Assembly (NCBI GenBank): GCA_012295275.1
Contig: CM022670.1
Location: forward strand, 8,494,001-8,558,000
Reading direction: 5' to 3'
Source of the DNA: Chrysomallon squamiferum
Taxonomy: Eukaryota > Animalia > Mollusca
DNA: 64,000 nt
Below are positions 11,674 to 24,348 of this stretch, piece by piece. A program made the translations under genes and the position numbers. The first letter of the stretch is position 1; the number at the start of each line of letters is the position of its first letter. The notes beneath the pieces were generated by a model that ran no database searches, was not told the origin of the DNA, and saw nothing but the letters and a program-made list of their open reading frames with translations.

Positions 11674-14600
11674 AAGAAGAAGAAGAATAAGGAGAAGAAG
11701 AATAAGATACTTTGTAGTATTTATGATACTTTGTGTCTGTTCATACTTACTCTAGAATTTTCGTTTTCTGTAACGGCTCTCACCAGAGCCTCATGGTGAG
11801 ACAAAATATCTTCCATGCTGGTTTCTTCTTCATGGGCCACGTGTGACGTCAGCATCAAAGAGTTAACATCGAGCTGTTTCATCTGTAAGTACATAAAGTA
11901 ATAATGTTATGTAACAACCCCAACGACTCCGTTTTGTTGACCCGTCTAGGCTGTAAGACTTAAAAGCTGCAATTTAACGCTAGATAATCATTCAGTAATT
12001 GAACAGAGTAAACGAAAAACAATCTACCAAAAAATGATTGGATATCTTTTGTTAATGTGAAGTATTTATATTATGTCATTATCATGGTTGTCATCATCAT
12101 CATTATCATCTTACTCATCATCATAATCATCATTTTTCTTTTTCTAACTTAAATTTTTTAAAGCCATTTGGGTTGACCTGCTGTTATGTTTTTTTTTGTT
12201 TGTTTTTTCTCACAAACATTTATTACAGTATTTAAGTACTGCTAAAATGTTTGCTGTAAAACCGTGTACCGTTAACGCAGAAAATCGTATAATCTTACAC
12301 ATTCTCTACGTTACGTCTCGATCCTATCTGACAAGGGTAATGTATCCAGTCAACCATATTGGCTTAGTTAACTGATGTCCCGCTATCAGCTGAAATCTCA
12401 GACGAAATGTAGCGTTTCTTTCTCAAGTGGATCGTTTACGTATCGGATAAGAAATCTCACAATACTTTATCCCCGACACAACAGAATGACAACAACACGT
12501 GACAATAAAACGAGACTAAAGTATTGTTATGAATTCGTTATAAATGCTCATGGATTAAGGGAAACAAATGGTCGTACAAAACTGATAATCTGTGGTAAAT
12601 GCAGGGGTTAGACTGGATGGTAAAGCGCTCGTTTGGTGTGAAGCAACCACACATACAATCGATACTGACTATGGTCTACGTGGGGTTTTTTGTGCCTCAC
12701 GAAAGGTGTATATAAAATACCATGGTATGTGCTGTTTTGTTAATGGATACATTTGAATGAAGGACTTAGAATCAGAGTGATATATGTCTGTCTGAACGTA
12801 ATTTTTGAGATAGCCTACACTGCAGTTATTGTGGTATATAGATATATAGATGTATAGAAATAAAAAAATAAAAAGATATTTAACGTTGATAACGCTGTTA
12901 CCGTTATCTGTAATATACCAGATTCATTCATTGTTCAGGTCTTCAAATCAGTAAGTTTCCACTGAGGCTGGTGAGAATTACTAATCGTCTGATATACACT
13001 GCTTCTATTCTAAGCTCTTTAAATTATATTCAGTTAAACAAATTAAATTTAAGCATTTCATAATCCGAACATAATTGTTTTATATTTCCAGGATTAAATC
13101 CACGTTAAATCCCACCATTTCAGATAAACAAAAGGTTTCTTCTAAACACAATTTCAATTATTTTTTACTACATTAACTAAGATTTAAACATTTGACATTA
13201 AAATCTTACAGTAGTAAGCACTTTATTAATTACCATGCATTCATCTCGCGTCTCCTCCATTCCACACACGTAACACACTCGAGCTGATTTCTTCTTCAAA
13301 ACTTGATATTTACAATTCTCGCACTTCACTGAAACGTCTTTCTTATCGGCTTTGAGCGAATTCATCTTAAAAGTGACAGTTTTGTTAGTCACTCTGTTAG
13401 ATTCACTTAACACAATAATACCAGGTTTTTGTTTCGAATTCTCTGGAGAATTTTTTCTAGTCTTTTCGCTGTTAATGCAGTGAGAGAAGAAATTATTTCT
13501 TGTGATAGCGCCATATTCGAGGTTCTGCTTGTCTGTGTGTCGCAGAAAACACAAGACCACTGTTACACTAATTGCCAGTATGAAGGTAACGCACACAACG
13601 GACACAACAATTTTTACATAACCGTCCTGGGAATAACCGTCTAATGTGACAACTACGTCAAGAGAAGATTGAGCCTTCAGAGGAGGAGTACCGAGATCAC
13701 TAACAGTAATCAGCAGCGTGTGTGTCCTAATCTCCGATGACAAAATATTTCTTCTTAATGAAATTAGTCCAGTAGAGGAGTCGACAACAAACAAATCCGT
13801 TCTACTTGCATTGATTGAATACTGTAACTGACCATTAACACCGCTGTCAAGATCGTATGCTTGGATGACTGCAATCTCAGTCCCGGCTGAAGAGGTTTGT
13901 AAAATGGACGCAGATCCATTGTCTGGACCGGGAAAAGTTATGTGTGGACGATGATCGTTTTCATCCGTTACAAAAACAGTAACTGACGTAGAGGCCGACC
14001 TTGCTGGAATGCCATGGTCGACAGCAGAAACTTGGAATTCATATTTATGTGTGGTTTCATAATCTAATTTCCCCATGGATACCAGTGAGCCATTGTGATA
14101 AAGTCTAAATGGAAGAACGTCTGTAACAGAAAATATTTTCATATAAAATCTCACTTCTCCGTTCAGGTTTTCATCATCGTCTTCGGCAGTTATGTTCCCA
14201 ATATGCGTATAAGGCAGTACATTTTCTTTGATGAAATATTCATAAGAATGATTAAAAAAATTTGGAGGATTATCGTTTTGATCTTTGACTTTTAAAATAA
14301 TCAAAGAAGTGCCAGTTCTAGGAGGAGATCCGTGATCTGTAGCGGTCACCGGAATGTTGTAATATGCCGCCTGCTCCCTATCAACACTTCTGTTGACGAA
14401 AACTTCGCCTGTTGTTTCTTTGACTGTCACTGTGTTTTTCACTGAATCAGATATAAAGTAAGAAATATTTGCATTCTGACCCACGTCGTTGTCAGTCGCA
14501 GACACGCGTCCAATAAATGACGGAGCATCGTTGTTTTCTTCAATCGACATTAGATAACGTGCTCGTACAAACTGCGGGCTATTGTCGTTAACATCCAGTA

Positions 14601-15954
14601 CTTTTACTAATAACTGTTCTGATGATCTAAGAGGAGGTCTGCCACCATCACGACACGTGACTGTCACGTTGTGCAGTGGGATCTGTTCCCTGTCTAGCGG
14701 CACGGCAACGACAACTTTGTATTCAGCGTCTTGGCGCTGTAGTAGAAAATTAACATTCTCACTCGTGCACTGCACTTCTCCGTTATCACCAGGGTCGGTG
14801 TCTCTCGCTCTGACGAGGGCAACAACGCGCCCAACGACAGCAGATTCAGGTACTGTTGCGGCACCGTTTTCACTGAAAAGTAACTGAATGATAATCTGGG
14901 GTTTGTTGTTGCCTGTATCTAGAACTGATATCAGAACTGTAGTCTGAGAAGTTAAAGCTGGATTTCCTCCATCGACAGCCAGTATTGTAAAGTTAAACAA
15001 ACTTCCTCCTTCGTTTTCTAACGAATGTTTAATACTCACTGATCCAGATTTGGAATCGACCCCAAAATATTTGGTAACGCGGTTCTGGTTGGGATTAGCA
15101 AAGCTGTATTTAACTTCACCATTCTCACCAGAATCCAGATCAGCAGCAGAAAGAACCAAAACTGCTGATCCTATTTTACTGTTTTCTGGAACAGAAACTT
15201 CATACGTATCCTTAGTGAAGATTGGTTGATTGTCATTTACGTCAAGTATTGAAATTATAACCAACATATTACCACTTCGAGGTGGAGTACCGCCATCGTA
15301 TGCTGATACAGAAAGACTGTACTTAGACTTCAGTTCTCTATCCAGCGTGTCTGAAAGTCGCAGCACCAAAGTGTTAGAGCCATCTTTGACACTGGTATAA
15401 ACAAGAGAAAATGGTGACCAAAACGGAGACACGGAATATCGCTGAATCTTGAAACGCGAATCTGCATCGGCGTCATGTGCAAGCGGTAGAGAAATGTCGG
15501 CTCCTACAGGAGTGTTCTCGTAGATCTCTCTGTGGATAACTGTCTGAGGAAACTGTGGAGAGTTGTCGTTGACATCAGTCAAAATCACGAACACTGAGAC
15601 TTTCTGAAAACAGGTTCCAGTCACTGACTGCACGGCGATGTCAACATTCAGCAGACATTCCGAGATGAACACACACATTGTGATATTTTCTCTGTCCAGT
15701 GCGACAGACGAAGACAAGCCTCCCGTAGTTTCGTTTATTTTAAACATCAGATGATGTCCATCTTGCTGCGAGATGACAGAATATCTCAGTCTTCCAGGAT
15801 CTCTACATCCAGCAGTTTTAGTCAAGTTCTCTGTGTCTGCGATGCTACCCAGAAATACAGGAGAAGATCCCTCGGGTATCCTAAAAACACGAGACAGTCC
15901 GTGAACACTCAACAACTCGATAAAGAGCAGAAGAATCTTGAATATGGTAGCCAT
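11269..15954 (-). CDS. Protocadherin with 7 cadherin repeats (delta-1-like architecture)
   Basis: Large exon 15954-13234: signal peptide, 7 EC repeats (LDRE, AxDxGxP, DxNDNxPxF motifs), TM (IVVSVVCVTFILAISVTVVLCFL), donor atg|gtaatt. Probable exons 11882-11751 (MKQLDV...ENSR, ttacag| and |gtaagt) and 11280-11269 (VTV*). The two small exons are less certain than the large one. Confidence 0.9.
12605..12745 (+). mobile_element. Degenerate tRNA-derived SINE-like remnant in protocadherin intron
   Basis: A-box-like TGGTAAAGCGCTCG followed by GGTGTATATAAAATACCATGGTATGTGCTG, resembling mollusc SINE cores (recalled, not searched). Confidence 0.35.
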
Positions 15955-16008
15955 GGAGGAAGCATACTTCTGCTTGAAGTTCTGTCTTCTAATAATGTCT
16001 GAATAAGC

Positions 16009-16041
<33 letters not shown>

Positions 16042-17306
16042 AAGAAAGAAAAAAAGAATCAAACAGATTAATGTATAAGAAATTATATTAAAAAATGATA
16101 GAAAATATACTTTAAAAAAAATATATAGTTTAAAAGAAAGAAAAAAAGAAAGAAAGAAAAGAAAACTTGTGAACGAAATAAAACGTACATCCAATACTTA
16201 CTAAGGCAAACGGAACAATCAGTAATTTCAAACATTCAAGTGGCCAGTGCTGTTGTCATTTAACACTAGTCCATCAAACAATTACATTTAAAATAAAAAT
16301 CACTTAAATATTCTATTTACTAACCGAAACATTTTTATCTTGTCATCTCTCACCTACAGGTGGTCTGGCAGTTCAGCGCCAATCAAGGCGCAGTTCTAGG
16401 GGAGGGTCTCGGAGGTCACGATCCTTACGTGCCGAAAATGATAAAAATGACTCATTTTAAAGAAGCTGTTTTTCTACACATACACACACACTGACGGACA
16501 CACACAGAAACATTCGCGCGCCTATGTATGTATGTATGTATGTATGTATATATTTCCCAGATGCTAGATGTATTTTTATTTTTAATTCCATCCCCATCTG
16601 TGACCTATTCTGGATCCGCCTGTGCTGTGGACCATGACAATCAATCTAGAATCATTGCCTAAGGCTAAAATAGTAAAGTGGAAAATTAATAGTCGCTGAT
16701 TTAGAAAACAACGGAACATCTGTTGTTTGAAAATAACTATAAGCATTTTTCATTCAGGTTAGTGTTAGTTTGGTTGGATTTACGTTCGTTTTATTTATTT
16801 ATTCATTCATTTATTTATTTACAGAACTAAAAAAACTTTCCAAAAGCTATTATCAGAGGTAATTTCAAGTCAATATAGCATGACTTTCGTTGTGTCTATA
16901 AAAGGCAGTTTACTTTGAATCAGCTTTGGATGGAATGGGAAATAATTTCCAAAATCCTAGTCATTCTGAGTTAGACATTAACAACCCCAAAAATATTTAA
17001 AATAAAACACGCACGCGCACACACGCACACACACACTGCACACACCCATACACACCAACATCCAGTTCCCCTCACACACAGTCCTAAGCTGTTTATGTGT
17101 ATTTTACTAATGACAAATTGAATTCAAATACCTAACGTTTAATCACTGAACAAGCTCGTGTATTTTTTTCCACTGGAATTTTCTATCTCGTACTAAATTA
17201 GAGTATCGCTAATGTCATTCATAGCATTAAAATACCACTTAGGTGACAAATAAAAGTAATAACAATAAATTCCAACATTATTAATAAAATAAAATACTGA
17301 ACTCAC

Positions 17307-17510
17307 CTAGCCTTTGTACTTCTTGCTCAAGTAAACCTTTCGAAATTTTACGGATGACAAAACTCATGCTTCAGTACGTTTAGCCCCTAACCATTACAGC
17401 TGAAACACAATGGGTCAATTTTCTGAAGACGAGGCAGTATAATAAAAATATAAAAATAAAAATATCTGATGGTAAAAGATTAGCATTTGTTAAGTACGTG
17501 ATTGGCTGGG
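17307..17510 (-). promoter_or_regulatory. Putative non-coding first exon and CCAAT box of the protocadherin
   Basis: Minus-strand donor GTGAGT at 17306-17301, acceptor ttcag at ~15999-16003 just upstream of the ATG, AGCCAATC at ~17500-17507. Confidence 0.4.
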
Positions 17511-18132
17511 CAGTTATAAAAGAATATGAAAATTCTGTTTATATTTATATTTTCGGTATGTTCAGTATGTAACGAACACAATAGTACAATCATGTGACAG
17601 GATCTAGATCGCAGGGCTGGGAGGGGCGTTCGTCATGCTTAATGTCTTCATGTCACCACTAACACTAACGGTTAAGTTGCGTGTTTTCTGATAACATTTA
17701 AACCCAAACAAAAAAAAATGTCGGTTGTACTGGTTTGTTCAGACACAATATCATTTTGCGGTTCTCACAAACCGATACGTTCTTGTTTTAGAGATAACTC
17801 AGTAATTCAAACTACCTGAATGAACGATTTTACCGCCGATAACAACATGATTTTTGAAAAATGGAAGACCGCGAGGAACCAATACAGACTTTGTCAAACG
17901 AAATTATCCTTCAAAGTCCCAGACTTCCGAGCCCCAGTCGCAACTAATCCTGGCTGTGATTTCTGTCAGTGATAAATTTCAGCGTGGAATCTTGATACCA
18001 ACTCCATTGCTCAGATATATTCACACACGGCTTGGGGGTTATCTTTGTGTTATCACAGTTAATTAGAATATATATATAGTTTACAACTGTGGTGAGATTG
18101 CTGAAATATCTCAACATTTGATATACAGATCT

Positions 18133-18163
<31 letters not shown>

Positions 18164-18231
18164 TTTTCTTTGTTTCAAACTTATGAAGAGCCACAGGTGG
18201 TAGATCAAAATGTCATGGATGTTGCAAAATA

Positions 18232-18336
<105 letters not shown>

Positions 18337-18840
18337 CACTGCTACTACTACTACTATTACTTCTACTACTATTGTTGTTGTTGTTGTTGTGTCACATAGG
18401 AAAAATGGAAGTCCTCCTCATCAAATACATTAGGAAGGAATGGATAAAACGTGTGTTCTTGAAAGCAGCTGTGATGTTCATGGAAGTGAAGGACACGTAT
18501 TATTGTTATTACTAATCAGTTATTATTGTTATTAAATATCATTTTAATCTGTATTATACCTAAAGACTCCATTTATTTCTGTATTTATATATGTTTGTAT
18601 GTAACAAAACGTCTATAATAATTAATAATATATTCTTGGCCAACAAAAACCCCAACAAATTTCGCGAATTTCGTGGTAATTATTATTATTATTATTGTTG
18701 TTGTTGTTGTTGTTGTTATTTAATTTTGTGAAAAAAAATTTCGAATTGGTTATCTATGAAAAGAAATGAAGATGAACCGGTTTTATTTACTGCTCTGACA
18801 TGTTAATATCAGACACACTTTCTCACACACACGGACACAG

Positions 18841-18872
<32 letters not shown>

Positions 18873-19149
18873 ACAGACAAACATAGAGACAGACGAAAAA
18901 TAACAAAAAACTAACTTCATTGGAGAAAAAATATTACGTTCACAACAGCAAACAAAAGATATCAAATATCAGTATTATTAATATCAGTTATCACATATCT
19001 AATGTGACAGTGTTTTGTACACTACATGACTACAGCTGGCGCCGAGTTCATGACATACACATCATTCATTCATCACGTTTTGTATGAGAAATATTATATT
19101 TCATGTCGCCTTTAATTCACACTTATATTCAGTTCACAGTTTAAGAGGT

Positions 19150-19185
<36 letters not shown>

Positions 19186-19357
19186 CCTTTCAGGCTTCAC
19201 GGCGTATCAAACGACAAAACTAATAAACAAGATGATATTTTGATTATTTGAATATTTGATAACAGATAAAAATGTTTTATACAACATGACTGAACTGTTA
19301 CAACAGCTGATAGCAAAACTGCAATTTGATATGTATTAAGAACTATATCATAGGTAA

Positions 19358-19495
19358 ATCTTACCTGTGTTTCTAATGCGCGCTGCATTTATACTTCCTT
19401 GTTTTACAGCGTGTTTCTGCATGTTTCTACCAGTGATATTGTATGATAAAGTTCTAAATGCAAAGAACGCTAATAAATTAACAAGCACAATCTAA
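19358..19495 (-). promoter_or_regulatory. Inverted copy of the EF-hand array upstream/promoter block
   Basis: Reverse complement reads ...CACTGGTAGAAACATGCAGAAACACGCTGTAAAACAAGGAAGTATAAAT...GAAACACAGGTAAG, same as the blocks at ~33490 and ~50545. Confidence 0.7.
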
Positions 19496-19978
19496 ATTGC
19501 TGTAAATTTGTTAAAGATAGAAAATCGCATTTGCATTTTTAATCAAGAGAAAAATTCGATAATGATAAACATAACAATACAATGACCAGATAAATACTTT
19601 TTTTACTATATTCTTTTTCTAGAATTTTCTCTTCTTCTTCTTCGTGTTTTCTTCTTCTTCTTATTATTAGATAATCACAGTTATTCACAGAGCAAAAATA
19701 AAAATGTGCTTGTATTATTTTTTTAAATATATTTATTTTGATAATATTAAGTGTTTCAGCTATTTGCGAACAACTGTTTGTTCGTGAACGTTTGTGTGCG
19801 TGTGTGTGTGTGCCTGAGTTTGTTTGTAATGTTTATAATCCATTCCTGAATTAGAATACTTTATTTATTAACTGTTAAAACTAATTAGGAAATTATTATT
19901 ATTTATTATTATTATTTATTATCATTTTTGTTGTTATTTTTATTATTATTTATATTATTTTTAATATTATTGTTATTA

Positions 19979-20099
<121 letters not shown>

Positions 20100-20163
20100 T
20101 TATTATCATCACTATTATTATTATTGGGGTTTTTGTTTAAAATTATATACTGAAATATTAAGA

Positions 20164-20357
20164 TACAGAATTGAAAGTAAGCATAATTTATCAGCTGTCT
20201 ATGGGAAGGTACATGTTAAAGAACTCTTCATGCTGTTCGAAAAAGCGAAAAGCAAGAAATCTTTTTTTCATTACCAGTTTTATCCTTAACTTCAGTTTTA
20301 GCTTTTCTGATTAAAACCTTAAAATTTCACAGTACAAAATGTTTATTCTTATATAAA

Positions 20358-20390
<33 letters not shown>

Positions 20391-20743
20391 CTTATTATTC
20401 ATTATTTTGTTTTCCTCACAGACGCGTTTGAATCAGTTAGATGAAAACAGCGATGGACGAATTACACTGGACAACTCGTAAAGGCATACTCGAAGAAGAA
20501 ACAAAGTACGTTTTAAATTACTCCCCTGGTTTCCTTTTGAAAACAAATTTAACGAACAGTTTATGCATGCTATATAGGATTTTCCAGGTTTAATTTACCA
20601 GATATTTTTGACATCAATTTACAACAACAATTCCAGATTGAGAATTAACAGGAAATTTATCATGTATATCTAACACAAACAATACAGGTGACGACTGCAA
20701 CAATGGTTTGACCTACTCGCCCATTTTTAATGCACCACTCTCT

Positions 20744-20794
<51 letters not shown>

Positions 20795-21059
20795 TTTCTG
20801 TATATGTTTGCTCGTGTATGTTTATGACAAATATTAAATATTAACAGATATGTTTTCTAGATTGGACTATATGAAAGAACGCTTTAGAACAATGGACAAA
20901 GATGGCGACGGTTTTGTAACGGCGGACGATTTTTACCAGGACATGAAAGAAAGAGGATATGAAATTACTATGAATGACGCCATTGTTTTCGTGAATAAAG
21001 TGGACACCGATGGTGACGGGAAAATTGACTTGAACGACTACATGGCGTTTAATAACTGA
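20164..21059 (+). pseudogene. EF-hand array copy P0 (5'-truncated)
   Basis: Only the last 13 nt of coding exon 2 remain (20164-20176); exon 3 20422-20505 is 14 nt short (frameshift); exon 4 20861-21059 open. Confidence 0.85.
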
Positions 21060-22091
21060 GATGTGATTGATATCCTAAGTGCCAACGTGAAATCAGACAT
21101 TACAGAGATTTTTAACCATTCCAGATAAGAATAATAAATATTTGTGTTTATGGAAACACTATTTCAGAAAATCACATATATACAAAAACCATCTACTTAT
21201 ATTTGATGAAACAAAATTTTGTGGTGAAAAGTTTCATACTAAAAATTTCTAATATCTTATTACCATTAGTTTATGAATTAATGCTACACAACAACTGCTC
21301 ATTTTATGTCGTTGATCACAGAAACCATATTCTTGCTTTCGTGTTTTTCCTATGACGAACATAATTATGTAATAAATAATGATTACTGTTATTTATTATT
21401 CTATTTTATTTATTTATTTTTTTTTTAAATTTTATTATATTATTATTATTTTTTTGTTTGTTAAGAATTATATACATAAATATTAAGATTTACTAAAATA
21501 TTTCGTTCATTTCCTGACAGAAAACATTTTAAAATTAACATATAATGCTGAATATAATACGCATAACCTTGATAATATTAAAATATATATAAGTGGAAAA
21601 AAATAAAAGTGCAAGCCTACATGTACGTACGGTAATTTTCCTATATATTTAAATTATATATCCACAGTAAGAAATGGAATGTTCAAAGTACGTATTCTGT
21701 TGTGACCAAAAGTAGACCTCCATATGCTGTAAATGTATTCATATTTTATTTTCTAATGGTAGTAAGAGTTTATTAGTACGTTCTGTAAAAATAAAATCAG
21801 TTTATTGAATTAAAAAACATTACATGCAAATTACATGAATTTTAAAAACTCGGGTCTAAAAGAGGTGGTGCACCTGTACCACGAAACCTCACAGTCAAAC
21901 AACACGTATACTGTCATATAAAATAATTTACATATATCTTCTGTTACAGTATGACACATAGCTGCATAAAATGCATCCAGTTATAATTTTATTATCTTTA
22001 TCTACTAATAATAATAATAACCATTACAGTACACATATATACGAACATACATACATTAATATGTACGTAAACGCACACCTACACATATGTT

Positions 22092-22190
22092 TGTGTAGAG
22101 GATGACGGACAAAACCCCTGCCGGACATAATCACCGTAACAAGATTCTTGCTTCATATAATCTAGACCTTCGCTTGCACTTAACAAACAG
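22092..22190 (+). pseudogene. Orphan 5'UTR exon of the EF-hand array
   Basis: GTGTAGAGG...CTAGACCTTCGCTTGCACTTAACAAACAG|GTAAG as upstream of the other copies, but no coding exons follow. Confidence 0.7.
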
Positions 22191-24306
22191 GTAAGCTGCA
22201 TTTTATTTTATTTAATTTATTTACGACTACTACTACTACTTGTAAAACGATGTTTAGCACATAATCTTACTTCATTTCAAAATAGAAAACTACCACTAAA
22301 CAGAGAAGCTTTCTCATTATGCAGTGTGAAAGTCGTGGAACGTCTTTATTTCTGTGGCTTACAATCTTTAGTCCCATTTCTGTGAATAGTGTTCAGTTTA
22401 TGTAATGATTAGATTTCATGGTCTTTGTTTTAGAATCTTTATCAGCTTGTTTGGTCCTAACATAAGTAAGTAATTGTTTCCTTTTTGTCTCTGCTTGAAA
22501 TGGTTGAGTGGTTTTTGTGATTAGTTGTGGTCAGACAGCGCTATATTTACAAGTGTCACAGAGTCATCACGTCATTTGGTTTCTTTCTTTCATTTGATGT
22601 CTGTCTTTCAGTCAGGTATGTTGTCTATATGTCTGTATGTTTAAATTACACCATTTATGAAAATCTAGCTTTCAAAACAGACTGTAATGTTTTAAAATGT
22701 TCAGTTCAAATAACTTAATTAAAAACTCTTCCTAGAAGGTTGTTTCATAAAATATTTCCATTTATAATTTTAAATTTGTGAAAAAACTTCAAGAAAATAG
22801 AATAAATAAAGAATGCAATATAAATTGTAATAGTTTTATCCATTTAAATCAATAATGATCAACTGTTGATTAACTGAATTTCAGAAAAGAATAAAGACAT
22901 TTTACTAAGAATTTATTGCTGTGTAGTTCAGATGTTTTTTGTGTTACTTCTCACTGACGTTTTATATATCTAAATTGATTTTACAAGTAATATCTAAATC
23001 CATACGTGTAACCATCTGAATCTTGAAAAGTCTAGAACAGTGCTTTCTTCTGAAATATAATTGTTTTTAATTCATAATTTGATTTGGGACTGTACTTTTA
23101 ACTTGTAAATTTGTATACGTGACAATCATAATTTTAAATCAGTTTGAAATTCTGCTTTAAGACTGTATAATTATTTCTAAAAATGTGTGATTGATTTTAG
23201 ATTTTTGGGATTTTTTTTTTAATATCAAATCTGAGAAAACAATTCAACTTTGTAACTGTTGTTTTTAAAACTTATAAAAAGATGCAGACTTTCTACAATA
23301 TAGATTTTACAGGTTTTTAGATTTTTGTTCTTGCGTTTGTACTTTCAGGTGTTGAGTATAGGCAAGCTATACAATGTTATTTGGAATGGCTCCTTCCTGC
23401 AAAAAAAAGAGCATAGGTATTAGTAACATTACTTAACATTACAAGTTTGTATTTTCTCACTAATATTCGCACATTACTGGAATTATATTCTTTGATATTT
23501 TTCTCTTTTTTTCTGCACCTTTTCTTTCATTTTCACTTTTAAGAACGTCATGGAAATAGTTATTGAACATTATAAATGTTGCTGTAGTGTGTGAGAAAAG
23601 AGCAACTAAAGGAGTAATATTTAAAAGAAAAATGTTTGTTGGTGTTTGTGTATGTGTTTGTTTCTGTTGGCTTGTTTACTTGTTTGTGTTTGTGTTTTTA
23701 GTTTGTGTGTTTGATGGTTTGTTTGCTTGTTTTTGATTCTTTTATGTGTTTGTTTTGTGTTTGTTTGCTTGTTTGTTTGCTTGTTTGTTTGTTTGTGTTT
23801 GTTAGTGTTTGCTTGTTTGTTTGTTTTTGTGTGTACATACTCTAGGAGTTTTCACAAAAAATAATAACAAATAACAAGGAAGATCATGCACTCGTGTGGA
23901 CAGGACAGCAGGCAAAGATTCATTAAAAATGAAAACCAAACTGAAATGGTTATATGGCAGAAACGACTATTTGATGATAATCAGTGAATTTTCTCTCACA
24001 GTTAGATGGCTGTTACATTTATTTTGTTTAACAGATTCTACTAAATCAACTTTTTAACATTTTTGGATTACGAGCAAAACAAATTTTGTGATTAGCACTT
24101 TGATCATTATTAACCTTTCATAGAAACAATTTGAAAAAAAATCTCATTTAATATAATCTGATTAATGATTTTTTTTTATGAACATACAGTGTAATATCCA
24201 AGGGACATAACTCATCATTAACACTTTTAAGTGGATATATTTAGTCTAAGAGCATTAATAAAGGTGACAGTGATAATGCAATATGTCCATATAACATTTA
24301 TAAAAT

Positions 24307-24348
<42 letters not shown>

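Noticed and set aside
13429-16002. Plus-strand ORFs overlapping the protocadherin
   Set aside because: Antisense shadows of the long coding exon with no recognisable motifs.
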